Below are positions 35,401 through 46,327 of a stretch of 64,000 nucleotides of DNA, piece by piece. The number at the start of each line of letters is the position of its first letter. Within the stretch, counting starts at the first letter, position 1. The notes under the pieces were generated by a model. It was given only the letters and a program-made list of their open reading frames with translations. It did not search any database and had not been told where the DNA came from. Source of the DNA: Pelagomonas calceolata (lineage: Eukaryota). The translations under genes and the position numbers were made by a program. The stretch is from positions 3,720,001 through 3,784,000 of the forward strand of contig CAKKNE010000005.1 of assembly GCA_918797485.1 (NCBI GenBank), read 5' to 3'.

Positions 35401-38400
35401 TGCGCGGAGCATCACGAATTCACTCAAATTTGGACCAGCGCCTTCTCTGATGGACACGAGTCACATGGAAGGCACCGCAACACGTCAAAACGCCGAGTTT
35501 TGACCGTCTTGCCCGTGCCGGTGGGACCAGTCATCATGACGTGCTTGTTGTGTAGTACCAAAGTTTCTAGTAGGTATGTGTATCGGACACTGTCCGGCGT
35601 CGGGATGATGAGTTCGGCAAAGGACGCGGACGGGTCGTGCTCGTAGGGCTTGACCTGCGTTTGATGGATACCGTCGCGACACGAGCCGCGTGGGCGCCCT
35701 GGTGATCATGAAGACGACGTCGCCGCTCTCACAAAAAGTTCAAGTTCATTTTTCGCGCCGAGTCACGGACCGTGTCCATCCACGGGATCCATTTACTTTG
35801 ACTGGTGTCGTACAAATAATCATAGATCGACCCTTCCGGAGGGAGTTGGAACTGGCTCGAGTTCATGCGCATGTGCTGCCGCACGAAGACGTCCATGTAG
35901 TGCCGGCCCTCCTGGTCGACCGTGCCTGCGTTTTGTCAAGGTCTCGCGGCGGCGCTCTCGCTCCGCGGCGACGGCGTGGAGGGCACGACGACACTCTCCA
36001 GACGCCATCGACGCGAGAATCACGGATGTCCGTGAGTTCATCTCAGACGCCATCGGATCGCGGTCGCTCGACGCGGTCCGAATGGCCTCGAATTCGACAA
36101 AGAAACCACCCACGACCTCGTCTGACGGACACGAGTCGCGTCGATAGCGTGAAGGCAAACAAAAGACGCGGGAACGGGCAGCACACGCTCCAGATGAACG
36201 CGAAAAAGAAGATCGCCTCCATGTGTTCCGCGCACTGGTCGACCTCTTCCTGGGATTTATTTTCCTGGCCCTCGCGCGGGTAGAAGAGGTGGAACTCGCA
36301 GTCCATCAGATTCAGGAGCGAATCGAGGAGCGCGCCGTCGACCGTCGGGAACGGTTCATTCATCGTCCTCCTCAAAATGCCGCACGTCGCGCCGAGGTAC
36401 GTGTCGAACAAGGTCAGCAACTTCATCTTGTGCGCGGGGCCGAAGGACTCGGGCAGCCGCTCGAGCCACGACATGACCTGTGTTTGATGGATACCGTCGC
36501 GACACGGCCGCATCGACGACGTCGAGGCGGTGCGGTTTCGTGAAGGCACCGCAGCACCGCGGGACGCCGAGTCAGCACCAAGGGATCGAAGCCGAGCGAC
36601 TTGGGCTCCATGTAGATCATGCCACATCTGGAAACGGTCGCCGGAGAAGCTACTGCGAGATCTTCCGGCTCGAACATCATCGTCATCATGTCCGACAGCG
36701 ACATTATTTCACCAGAGGTCAAACAGAGCTTTTTATTATCATCCAAGACCGTGTTCATGTTCTCGATCCAGATCGCGTCCACAGGGCCATCGAACATGAC
36801 CCACTGGAGGTCGGGCGCCGTATTTTTAATACAAAGTCGCACGATGTTCGCGAGAATCCCTGCGCGGGGCATCGCGGTCAGCATCGCGGTCTCGACGCGG
36901 TCCGAACTGCCTCAAACTCGAAAAAGAAACCATCCACGGCATCGTGAGATGGACACGAGTCGCATCGATGGCGTGGAGGCGCCGCAGCACCGCGGGACGC
37001 CGAGATCGCACCGTCCTGCCACTCCAACGTATTGGGATCGAACATGCCGTACCTGCGGCGGTGTCGCGCGGTGCCGCGGCGGTCGGGCGCTCTCGCGTCA
37101 TTGCTACGACTCGTGGCCATCAGAGAAGGTCTCGGGTCCTTCAACGAACCGGTTCGGACCGCATCGCGACTCGACGGCATCGTGAGACGGCCACGAGTCG
37201 AAGGCACCTTCATAAAACGCGGCGAGCGCACAGCTGGCCCATGGTTATCGACTTCGGGTTCAAATGATGAATATCTACTTTCTCGTATTTGATGCCCTCT
37301 ATCTTATCATTCTTGAGCATCGTTAACGCTCGTTGCAGCGTCCTCACATTGGAGGATTTGCCGCCGCCCGTCGGCCCGACGACCATGAGCCCGTGCCTGC
37401 GCGGCGCATCGCGTGTTGCGGCTTCTGTTGATCTTCTTGCGCGTCGCGTCGATGGCGTATGGGGGAGAGCAGGCCGTGGGTGGTCTTTTCGTCGATTTTG
37501 AGCCGTCTCGGACCGCGTCGGGGCCATCGCGTCTCGACTCGGTCCGAAACGGCTCAAAATCCACAAACGAACCACCCACGTCATCGTGAGATGGGCACGA
37601 GTCGCGTCGATGGCGTGAAGGCACCGCAACACTTCAAAACGCGGAAATCGCACCGCACGCAGATCATCTCGTACAATTCGATATTTTTCTTGATGAAGAT
37701 GGGCACGGGCTGGAGACCCTTCTCATCAATCGCATTTTTTAATGAGGTGATGAGGGGCCCGTAGTCGAACGGCGGCCGCGCGATGCCGGGAAATAAATCT
37801 GATAATATACCATCAAAGAGAGGTAAATCATGGGCTAAAAATTTGGGAATATTGACATCTTGCAGAGCTCTCAATAGTAGAGCCTCCTCGTTCTCGTTCG
37901 GGGCCGCCCTTTTCAAATTGCCGGCCGCCGTAATCACCGTCTTCACGGCCCGCATGCCGTAGTCGTAGTGGTCCTGGCTCGACAACTGCTCGCTACACAA
38001 CCGAAACGTCGCGACCATCTTCTGGGCGCACTTGCGGCCGGCCATGTACCCGAACGCAAATAACATAATTTCGCCAATCAACGCGTAATCCGGGACCATC
38101 ATCGCCACCGGTCGGAATAACGCCTCCAAGTTGTCCGGTAACGTCGACCGCCCGGCGTAGCCGGGATTCATGGTTATGTAGACCGCAAATTCGGGGTTCA
38201 CGTTAATATCCGTGTCCTCGAAGATGCACCGCGGCTCGCCCCGCTGCACGCAGCCCTGCAGCGTCATGATCTGCTGCGCTATGACAGATAGGACCTCAAT
38301 ATTAATCCGATTGAACTCGTCGAAGCAGGCCCAGGCGCCCGCCGACGCTAGACCCTTGAAGAACTTGCCCATGGCTCGGAAATCTAACCCATCGCTACAG

Positions 38401-41400
38401 TTGAAGACGACGCATTGTTTGGCTAGGGCTTTGGCCAGATCTTTCGTGGTTTCCGTTTTTCCTGTGCCTGCTGGTCCTGCAGGGGCGCCACCGAGGATCA
38501 TCTGTAAAGCGCCCATGAGCGTGAGATAGCATTTGTCCGTCAACGGCGTGATCACGAGTCGAAACGAATTGCCGAGGTACTCATAGCCATAACTACGCTT
38601 GCTCTCAACTTGCTTCACCCACAGGTCCCCGTCCTCGTCCGAACCTTCCCAGTAAAAGCGCATCTGCGACCTGCGTGGCACCGACGCCGTCACGAAACTG
38701 CTGATGCGTCGCGTCGACGCCATCTTCCCAAAGTTGAAGTTCAACGGACGCCGAGTCAGCACTGCCAGTCGAAATCAGTAGACTCACTAACACCAGCGTC
38801 GGCCATGGCCTTCATGACGTCGCGCGCGTGGACGTCGATGACGGCGAGCGCTCCCACCGTCGTCCGCTGATTGCTACTGAGTCCCGTCCGGATGAGGACG
38901 ACCTGCGTGATGTGACATGAGCCTTCCGCGCGATGGGCGCGCCTCGAGTGCTCTCGCGAGGCGCGGAGACTCTCGGGCGGCCGCGGCGACGGCGTGGCGC
39001 GCGACGCCATCGCCGCGACGCCATCGCCGCGACGACGGCCCCGTCGCGGTCCGAACGGCCCCGAATTCGAAACAGAAACCACCCAGCGCCTCGTCTCCTG
39101 GAGGCGAGTCGCGTCGATGGCGTAAGGCCGCCGGAAAGTCACGGGACGCCGCTCCCGACCATGTCCGCGAGCTGACTTTTAATTTGCTCATAATAATCAT
39201 ACACTCCTTGATTCCCCTTCTCGGCCAGGGCCTTTTCCGTCTCGAGGGTCCAGTGCACTTGCGACCCGTTCAAGACGACCTGGCCCGGCCAGTCGAGCAT
39301 CCACCGCGTCCTTTGTACATCGGGGTACGCGCGCACGGCCCGGATCATGTGGTCCCGCACCGCGGCGCACATGGCGAGGTTCAGCTCGACCATCCAGACC
39401 TCGATGTTCTTGCCTGCGTGGCGCACGGGATCACGACGACGGCGTCGAGGCGACCGCGACGGCCCCGACACGAATGAATTGGCTCAAAATCCAAAAAGAA
39501 ACCACCCCCGGCATCGTGAGATGGACACGAGTCGCGTCGATGGCGTAAGGTTCCATATCCACGCTGCGCCACGGACCCTTGGGGTCAATATCTGTCACGA
39601 ACGGCACGACTTCTCCTTCAGACGACGTCATCTGCGAGATGCATAGACTATTATCAAATTTGACACTTTTGATGCCTTCAAAACACTTCCGCAGGTGCGG
39701 CTGGACCATCTTCGGGTCCTTCGTCTCCGACAGGATTTCGAGCAAGTCCCCGTCGCTCAAAAAGTAGAACCGGGAAAAACCCGCGCGTTTCGTCTCGAGG
39801 TAATCCGATAAACCTTTTTGGACCATATCTAAGAGATTGTTCGACTCCTGGAACTTCACGAGCAGCTTGGGGTCGTTGCAGAAGAGGATGACGGGCATTT
39901 GACCTGAACTAGCTGAACCGAGCGTCTGGCGCCAGTGCTTGTCGACGGTCGCGAAGCGCTTGCCCTCGGCCGGGAGCTGCTTGTTGATGTCGGGGGAGTC
40001 GAAGATGGGCTGCAGATACAACCAGTTCTTTTGCACCGCGATCCACCTGTGTGGGCATCGACCGGTGAGATACTGATCTCCGAGTTGATTTGTGTCTAGC
40101 GTCGCGTCGACGGCGTTTCCAGCAGAGATGCGTCCGCGGGGACGCCATCGCCGCGATCCACCGCGTCTCGCGATCTCGGCACCACGGCCCTCGGAGCGGC
40201 CCAAACTCGGACACGACCGTATCCAGAGAGCAGGACCTCGCTCCGACCGCGAGAGACCACGAATTGAAGTTTTCGACACTGCTATCCACTCGTCGAGCAT
40301 CTCCGACACCGTGTTCAAGGTCTCGTTCCACGCGTCGATGCGCTCCTCGAACGGTCCTTTGAACGCTGAAAAGCTCATGGCCTGGGTGGTGGTGATGTGC
40401 TCATCTAAGAGAGCCATGTATTCATCAATACCCCGCAACACAGAAGTCCCGGTCTCTTTATACGGTTCGATCTGCAGCGTGATGGGCTCCCAGCCTCGTT
40501 CCATCGCATCTAATGAGGTCTCAATACTGAACTCCTTGCCGGCGACCTCGCTCTGCTTTTGTATTAAGTCCACATCATCTTGTAGTTGTAAGTCAAAAAC
40601 CGTTTGCAGCGTCCAATCAGCATCAGGTTGCACCTTTTTACCTGATCTCTGGGAAATAGCTTCCCAGTGCCGCTCCCGCAAGCCTTTCTGGCGCAAGGCG
40701 ATGATCAGCGGCACATGCGGCACGAAGGCACTAACATCTTTCAAAATCGTCCTTGTAACATCTAAACACCCTGGTACACTTTCGAACTTTTTCTCGCACT
40801 TTTTGAGCGTTCTTAAAATGGTCTGGGCACTCGACTCTACAGCTTCGGCATCCAACTCCGCAAAAGGGTCGGTGAGCCAGGCCGCGTGCTGCTTGAGCCA
40901 GGAATCCACACTCTCCCACATGGCGCCGTACGGTTCAAACTTCTTTTGAATTTCTTTTAGTTGTGAATAGTCCGTGACGGGTTTGCCGAACAAGCTTTCG
41001 CGCGCGTTGTACAATCGCGCGTCGTCGTCAGCTTTACTTAAATTGCTTTTGATGGTAGCGACCTTGAGCGCGATGGAGTCCACCAATTTGAGGTCGTGGA
41101 ACTGCGACAGCGCGTCGACCTCGGACTGGTAATATTTCAGGGTCTCCGCGAACTGCGTGGGAACGACACTGCTTCAACAAAAAGTTCAAGGTCAACTTCA
41201 ACACTGACTCACGGACCTCGGCCTGGGCCTCCTCCATCTCGATCTGCTGCTTGTTCTCCAACCGGATGCACTTCTCCTCCAATTCCACACATTCGTCCGT
41301 GATTTTCTTGGGCCACGAATACAAGTCCCACCTTAATTGAAAATCGGCCTCCGGCAACTTGTAACACAACTCGTCGCAAACGGCATAATTCCGCATGGCC

Positions 41401-44346
41401 TCCTCGATCACTTTTTTGAGCGCAATCAACTTCTCGGGGACCTGCGCTTTGTAGTCGCGCAGCTCCGTGAGCGCCTCGATGTTCTGGGGCTCGATGGACA
41501 GCCTGCGCGTTTCGAAGTGTTGCGGCGCCTCCACGCCGTCGACGCGACTCGTGGTGGTCTCTTTGTCGAGTTTGGGGCCGTTCGGACGATCTCGCCCGAA
41601 ACGCGCTCAAAATCTCGTCTGATGGAGACGAGTCGCGTCGATGGCGTATGGGCCCTACGCTATCGCCGCGACCCGTGAAGATTGCTCTCTCCCTCTCTCG
41701 CGAGTGCGAGGCGACCGCGCGGTCCGAATCAGCTCAAATTTGGACCAGAGACCACCCGTCGCCTTCTCTGATGGCCACGAGTCGCGTCGATGGCGTAACA
41801 AGACGAAAGGACGCCGCGAGCGCGCCGGTCCATGATCTTCTGGAACTCGCCCGACGCGTCCGTCGCGTTGTCGCCCGTCTTTCTGGCGACGAGATCCAGC
41901 AATTTCGTCGCCGTCTCCTGGTGTTTATCGGCGAGCAATCGTCGCACTTTCTGACAAGAGACGTGGTAGGCACCAACATCCACAACTTCGGGCACCGAGT
42001 CCTCGACTCGCGACTTCTGGAGAAGGTGCTCCTCGGCCATCCTCCTCAATTCATTGACGTTGAGGTCGGGCGTGTTCAGTTCATTCCTTTCATCTTCACT
42101 GAGACCTGGAGGGGGCCCGCCGTAGTCCTCCTCGGCCTGCTCTACATATTTGTCAACATCTAGTCTCAAAAAGTCGAGGTACGGCTCGTACGTCTCCAAG
42201 TAAGCCTTGAGCGGTTCTACACTCGCAGAGAGTGCCGTACGCACTTCTTCCCTCAGTACCGACACCTGTGTGGCACGGACGCCGTCACGACACGCGTGGA
42301 CCCTCCTGGGATCGCGTCGACGGCGTCATGATGACGCCATCGACCAGACGTCAAGTTCAAGGTCATTTCTCACGCCGCGTCAGCACCCAGTCCTCGCTCG
42401 GGTGCACGCTCTTCATGACCGGCTCGAACGACCAAAATAAATTCCGCATGACGACGCGCTCGACGCGCGTGATGGACTGCGTCTGGCGCATGAGGTCGTC
42501 GAAGCGCTCCAGCGGCACATTTACAAATGAATCTAGTTTTGACGAGTACGTAAACGCATCATCCTCAACAGCTAAGTCGACAGCGAAGAGCGGCGGCCTT
42601 CTGAAGTTTGAATCGTTTGTGACGGTAGAACAGTCTTGGACAGTAACTTGTGTCTGCGTACACTGTTTCAAGAATGAAGCATAGTCATTGACAGAGTTCG
42701 TCAGTAAGGTACGCATGCAGGCCTGTGTGGCACGGACATTCTCTCATGAGACACATAGACGCTCACGCGGCCGCGTCGACGGCGTCGAGGCGGTATCGCC
42801 ACGACTCCGGCAAGTTCAAGATCACTGAAGACGCTGAGTCACGGACCTCCATCATCAGGTTGAGGCACCGCAGGAACTGTTTTAACTTGCTCTTTTTATA
42901 TATATCATCTGAAGACTCCTCGAGGTTGTACCAGCCTGCGTGGCGAGACCATCTTCCCAAAGTTCAAGTTGAAAAAGACGCCGAGTCGGCACCTTTCGTG
43001 ACGTGACGTAGGTGCTGGCGCAGACACGTCGTGACATAACGGGGCCACTCCTTCTTCAACTTAACTGCAACAGCATCCGTGGCGTCGCGCTGCAGTTTCC
43101 CGAAGTCGTCTACCCTAGTAGATTTGGCGACGTGGTTGAAGGGCTTGAGGAGGAGCATCTTCTCGTTCTCCGCCCTCACATCAGTTATGATGGCGAAGAC
43201 TTCCGGTCTTGTTAAGCACGACTGGAACCGAAAGGCGGCGAAGGCGTCTTTGTAGGATGATGATCTCTCAATGAGATGCGTGCCTCTCTCTGGTACGGAA
43301 CGTTCTTCTGAAAGTGGAGGAGGCTCTAGGAGCTGCATCAGTTCACTAGTATCAGTTTTATGTACCGCTCTGAAAGCAATCCCGTTCAGCGTCCGCGCGT
43401 AGTCCTGGGCGCAGTCTTGGACTATTTTGTCCGTCGACGGATTCAGTGCTCTCAACGTCCTCGTACACGTCGCCAAGGCCGCGACGCGTCGCAACGCGTC
43501 GTCGTCGGGCGTGGCGCAGCCCTCCGTCGGCATGCAGTCGACGCAGAGCCCGAAGAGCAGCTGCGCCTCCGCGGCCCTTCTTGCAGTATGTGCGGCTTTT
43601 ACTCTCTCAGCAAAATTGACCGGGTCCTCGGCCGCGAAGCAGATATGTAAGCGGTGCAAGGCGACTTCATCAGTGTCTGACGATGACGACGACGAGGAGG
43701 AGGATGATGATGATGATGACGCCGCGACCGGCAGTCCTGCAACGGTGTAGAGTCCCTTGTCGACGTCGTAGCCCGTGACCGTCGCCGGTGCCCAGGCGCC
43801 GACCTCGTCGTCATCCAAGACGAGCGCTTTGCACGGCAGCGCTGCGCCGAACGCGAGCCAGTCCTCGTGCACCTCATACGACGCGTCGTCGAAGGCTTCG
43901 AGCGGTAGTTTTGTCGAGGGGGCGCCAACCTTCCCGAATACTTCACTCTTGAATTTGACAGAGTAGTCGATACCTCTCTCCTTCAAAAGTTGCGTGATGT
44001 CCTGCGCCGCGTAGAGCTTCGTCCTTCTATGGATCTCCAAGGCCCGGGGCATGCCGCCGGGCTTGGGCTTGGCGGCCATGATGACCTTCGGCTCGATGCC
44101 CTCAGTTTTGACGCGCACGATGGCGTTCGCGACCGGTACACCACTACCCGAGTTATAGGTAGAAGCGGGCACCGGCGGCTTTATTTTAGGCTCCTCGGTC
44201 TCCACTACAGATAAAGACGTCACGTCCTCGCGCGCCAGGCCATATTGTAACATCTCCGAGAAGTAGCCGCGCTGCTGCGTCGTCGCGGCCGGCGGCGACG
44301 GCGGCCAGGTCTCGGCCGGCGCCGGGGCCGGGGCGGCGGCGACCAT
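26436..44346 (-). CDS. DNAH1: Axonemal inner-arm dynein heavy chain, DNAH1-like, 4159 aa, 38 exons
   Basis: P-loops [33 protein letters not shown]-terminal [13 protein letters not shown]. Introns (+ coordinates, * = GC donor): 27223-27467, 28004-28104, 28263-28334, 28576-28671, 28841-29007, 29434-29518*, 29833-29904, 30007-30097, 30282-30543*, 30734-30825*, 31059-31121*, 31436-31667*, 31869-32032, 32146-32362, 32435-32573, 33095-33243, 33331-33454*, 33700-33758*, 33899-34021, 34201-34358*, 35022-35133, 35400-35504, 35655-35770, 35926-36179*, 36478-36578, 36860-37011, 37053-37231, 37397-37653, 38671-38762, 38903-39159, 39414-39576, 40047-40289, 41153-41216, 41503-41825*, 42266-42386, 42723-42846, 42936-42992. 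Total 5431 nt removed, leaving 12480 nt. Paralog assignment is less certain than the family. Confidence 0.93.
27223..42992 (-). mobile_element. Cluster of 37 related introner-type introns within the dynein gene
   Basis: Shared blocks CGCCATCGACGCGAC, TGACTCRGCG, (TGAACT)n, TTCGGACCGCGTCGAGA and RCRCAG ends; removal restores conserved dynein motifs. Confidence 0.92.
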
Positions 44347-44916
44347 CGTGGCTTCTTGTCTATATACTTTCTGTCTTCCTGTAGGCTGGGCTCGCGGCGG
44401 CGCTCGCGGCGGCTGCCCCCAGGCAGGCTGCCCACTATGGGGGAGCGCTAACCTTGGTGCTGCTCAGCAGGCTGGCTGTCCAGCTGTTTCGTGAGCCTAC
44501 GAAAGGCGTGCAGCAGGCCGGCCTGAGGTAGCTTCCTCGGCTCTGTGGCGCTGCTTTGGCCGTCCACAGCCCCCGGCGCTCCTACCCCCTACTCACGGCA
44601 ACATAGACCTGAGCGCGAGAATGCCGCATCTCGGTAGTGCCTTGCTCCTTCCGCCTCTATCCAACGCTGCAAAGGAGGCATACCACCGGCCCGCGACGGA
44701 TTCCTCCTCGTGAGAAAACCCGATTTCACGCCTCGATCGACGCGCGTTTCACGCTGCCAATCGGTCCTCCAGCGTGAGCGGTGACACGTCAGAGGGGCAT
44801 TCCTTGACGCCATCGCTGCGTTGGTCGCTCTGCGAAACCGCTGGACGCCGTGACCCGCTGCAAGTAATTATTGGCTGTGCTGCCGGAGCATCAGCAGCGG
44901 AGCGCGCGGCGCACCG

Positions 44917-46314
44917 ATGGCGCCGCACCCCGCCGTCGTCGCCGCGCAGAAAGCAGCATTAGACAAGGCCAAGGGCAAGACCGCCGCGGACAACCGCCAG
45001 GAAATAAAAGACCAGGCGTCGGCGGCGCTCGCGAGGCTCGGCCTCTCCACGCCCTCGCCCCGAAATAGTGGCTACGACGGCTCCTTGAACGAGCCCGGCG
45101 CGACGCCGCCGTCTTCATCTATCACGGAAAGAATAGCGAGGCTCAGGAGATCTCTCTCCGACGAAAAAGTAAAAAATCAAAGCTCTACATTCCAAAGGGT
45201 CAAGGACCGCGTGCAGGAGGGCTATGCCGATTTGAGTGATGGCTACGGTAACTTGAGAGGAGACAAAGTTAGATCTAGTGCGGAGCAGGCCGAGTTCGAG
45301 CTGGACCGAGCCAACCAGAGGAGGATGCGGCGCGCGGACCGGCGGCAGAAGCGACAGGAGGACGAGGAGGCCAAGGACCAGGTCAAGTCCGTACCAACTT
45401 CCGGATACGTGTTGCATGGAGACGTGCCGTCGCCTCCGACCAAATTAGGCCAGGCTCGCGAAAAGTTGTTGAGGACGGGTTCGTTGTTCGCCTCGACTGT
45501 CACTAAAGCTGCGAAAGCGCTCGAGGCCAAGGTGAAGAAGCGGAGTCCCTCATCCAAGATCGATCAAAGAGCTTGTAGTGGGGGTGGTCGCGTCGCGGCC
45601 TCTTCCTACGTCCAGCGCGCCCACTTGCAGTACGACACGTTGACACCGGAGGCCGTGACGGGGCGCTTGCAGGCTCAGAACACGTTGCGGGGCGACGGCG
45701 GGCTCTGGGCCTTGAAAGCGAGGTACGTAGCTGCTACAAAAGCAGTGCCCGGGCAGTTACGAGCAGCAAGGGACGCCGAGGACCACGCGGCGCGGTTGGC
45801 CGACACGCTGGCCCAGGCGAACGAACGATTTGAAGCTTTGAAGACCCAGGAGAATTTGCTGCGGGCGTTGGTCGAGGAGGCGCGACGATTAGCTACGGCG
45901 GAGAAGCCGGCAAATGGTCTATTAGCCGCGTTCCCCGCGGGCGCGCCGCCGCCCGCGGCACTCGGCTCGCCGGCGTCGTCGCGGTCGCCGGCGTCGGTGG
46001 GGTCGCCCGCGGCGCCGCGCTCGCGCGCGTCGTCGGCAGCGTCCGAGGCGGCCGCCGAGCCGACAGTCGCAGCGCCAGCACCGGCTGCCGTGGAGGAGCC
46101 GCCGCCCGCGCCAGAGCCTGCCGCGGCGGAACCGCTACCACCTCCTGCGCCGGAGCCCGCCGCAGACGGAGCTATGCCGTCGTGGATGGCGCCGGACCCC
46201 ACCGCGGAGGAGACGCCTGTGGTGGAGCCCGCGGAAGCCGCCGACGACGCGGCCCCAGTCACTCCGGACGAGGAGGACTCGCCCGCCTTCACGGACGATG
46301 ATGAAGATAAGTAG
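44917..46314 (+). CDS. Uncharacterised coiled-coil protein with Pro/Ala/acidic tail, 465 aa
   Basis: Long ORF divergent from the dynein gene; heptad-like segments. Confidence 0.65.
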   Translation: MAPHPAVVAAQKAALDKAKGKTAADNRQEIKDQASAALARLGLSTPSPRNSGYDGSLNEPGATPPSSSITERIARLRRSLSDEKVKNQSSTFQRVKDRVQEGYADLSDGYGNLRGDKVRSSAEQAEFELDRANQRRMRRADRRQKRQEDEEAKDQVKSVPTSGYVLHGDVPSPPTKLGQAREKLLRTGSLFASTVTKAAKALEAKVKKRSPSSKIDQRACSGGGRVAASSYVQRAHLQYDTLTPEAVTGRLQAQNTLRGDGGLWALKARYVAATKAVPGQLRAARDAEDHAARLADTLAQANERFEALKTQENLLRALVEEARRLATAEKPANGLLAAFPAGAPPPAALGSPASSRSPASVGSPAAPRSRASSAASEAAAEPTVAAPAPAAVEEPPPAPEPAAAEPLPPPAPEPAADGAMPSWMAPDPTAEETPVVEPAEAADDAAPVTPDEEDSPAFTDDDEDK

Positions 46315-46327
46315 TTTGTATTGTGAT

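Noticed and set aside
40034..40289. Apparent 13-nt duplicated WIAV coding segment with synonymous changes
   Set aside because: Explained by an 8-bp TSD (7/8) followed by the TIR start CAGTG, which happens to resemble the exon's CGGTG.
27223..42936. Nucleosome-length phasing of intron positions in dynein
   Set aside because: Manual spacings between acceptors (174-1274 bp) show no obvious periodicity; needs genome-wide statistics.
27223..42992. Regularly interspersed repeats as a CRISPR-like array, or dynein as a fragmented pseudogene
   Set aside because: The 'spacers' are in-frame dynein exons and the repeats have GY..AG ends; splicing yields an uninterrupted 4159-aa protein.
43678..43722. 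GAY/GAG trinucleotide run
   Set aside because: Encodes a poly-Ser linker in the dynein N-terminus; ordinary low complexity.
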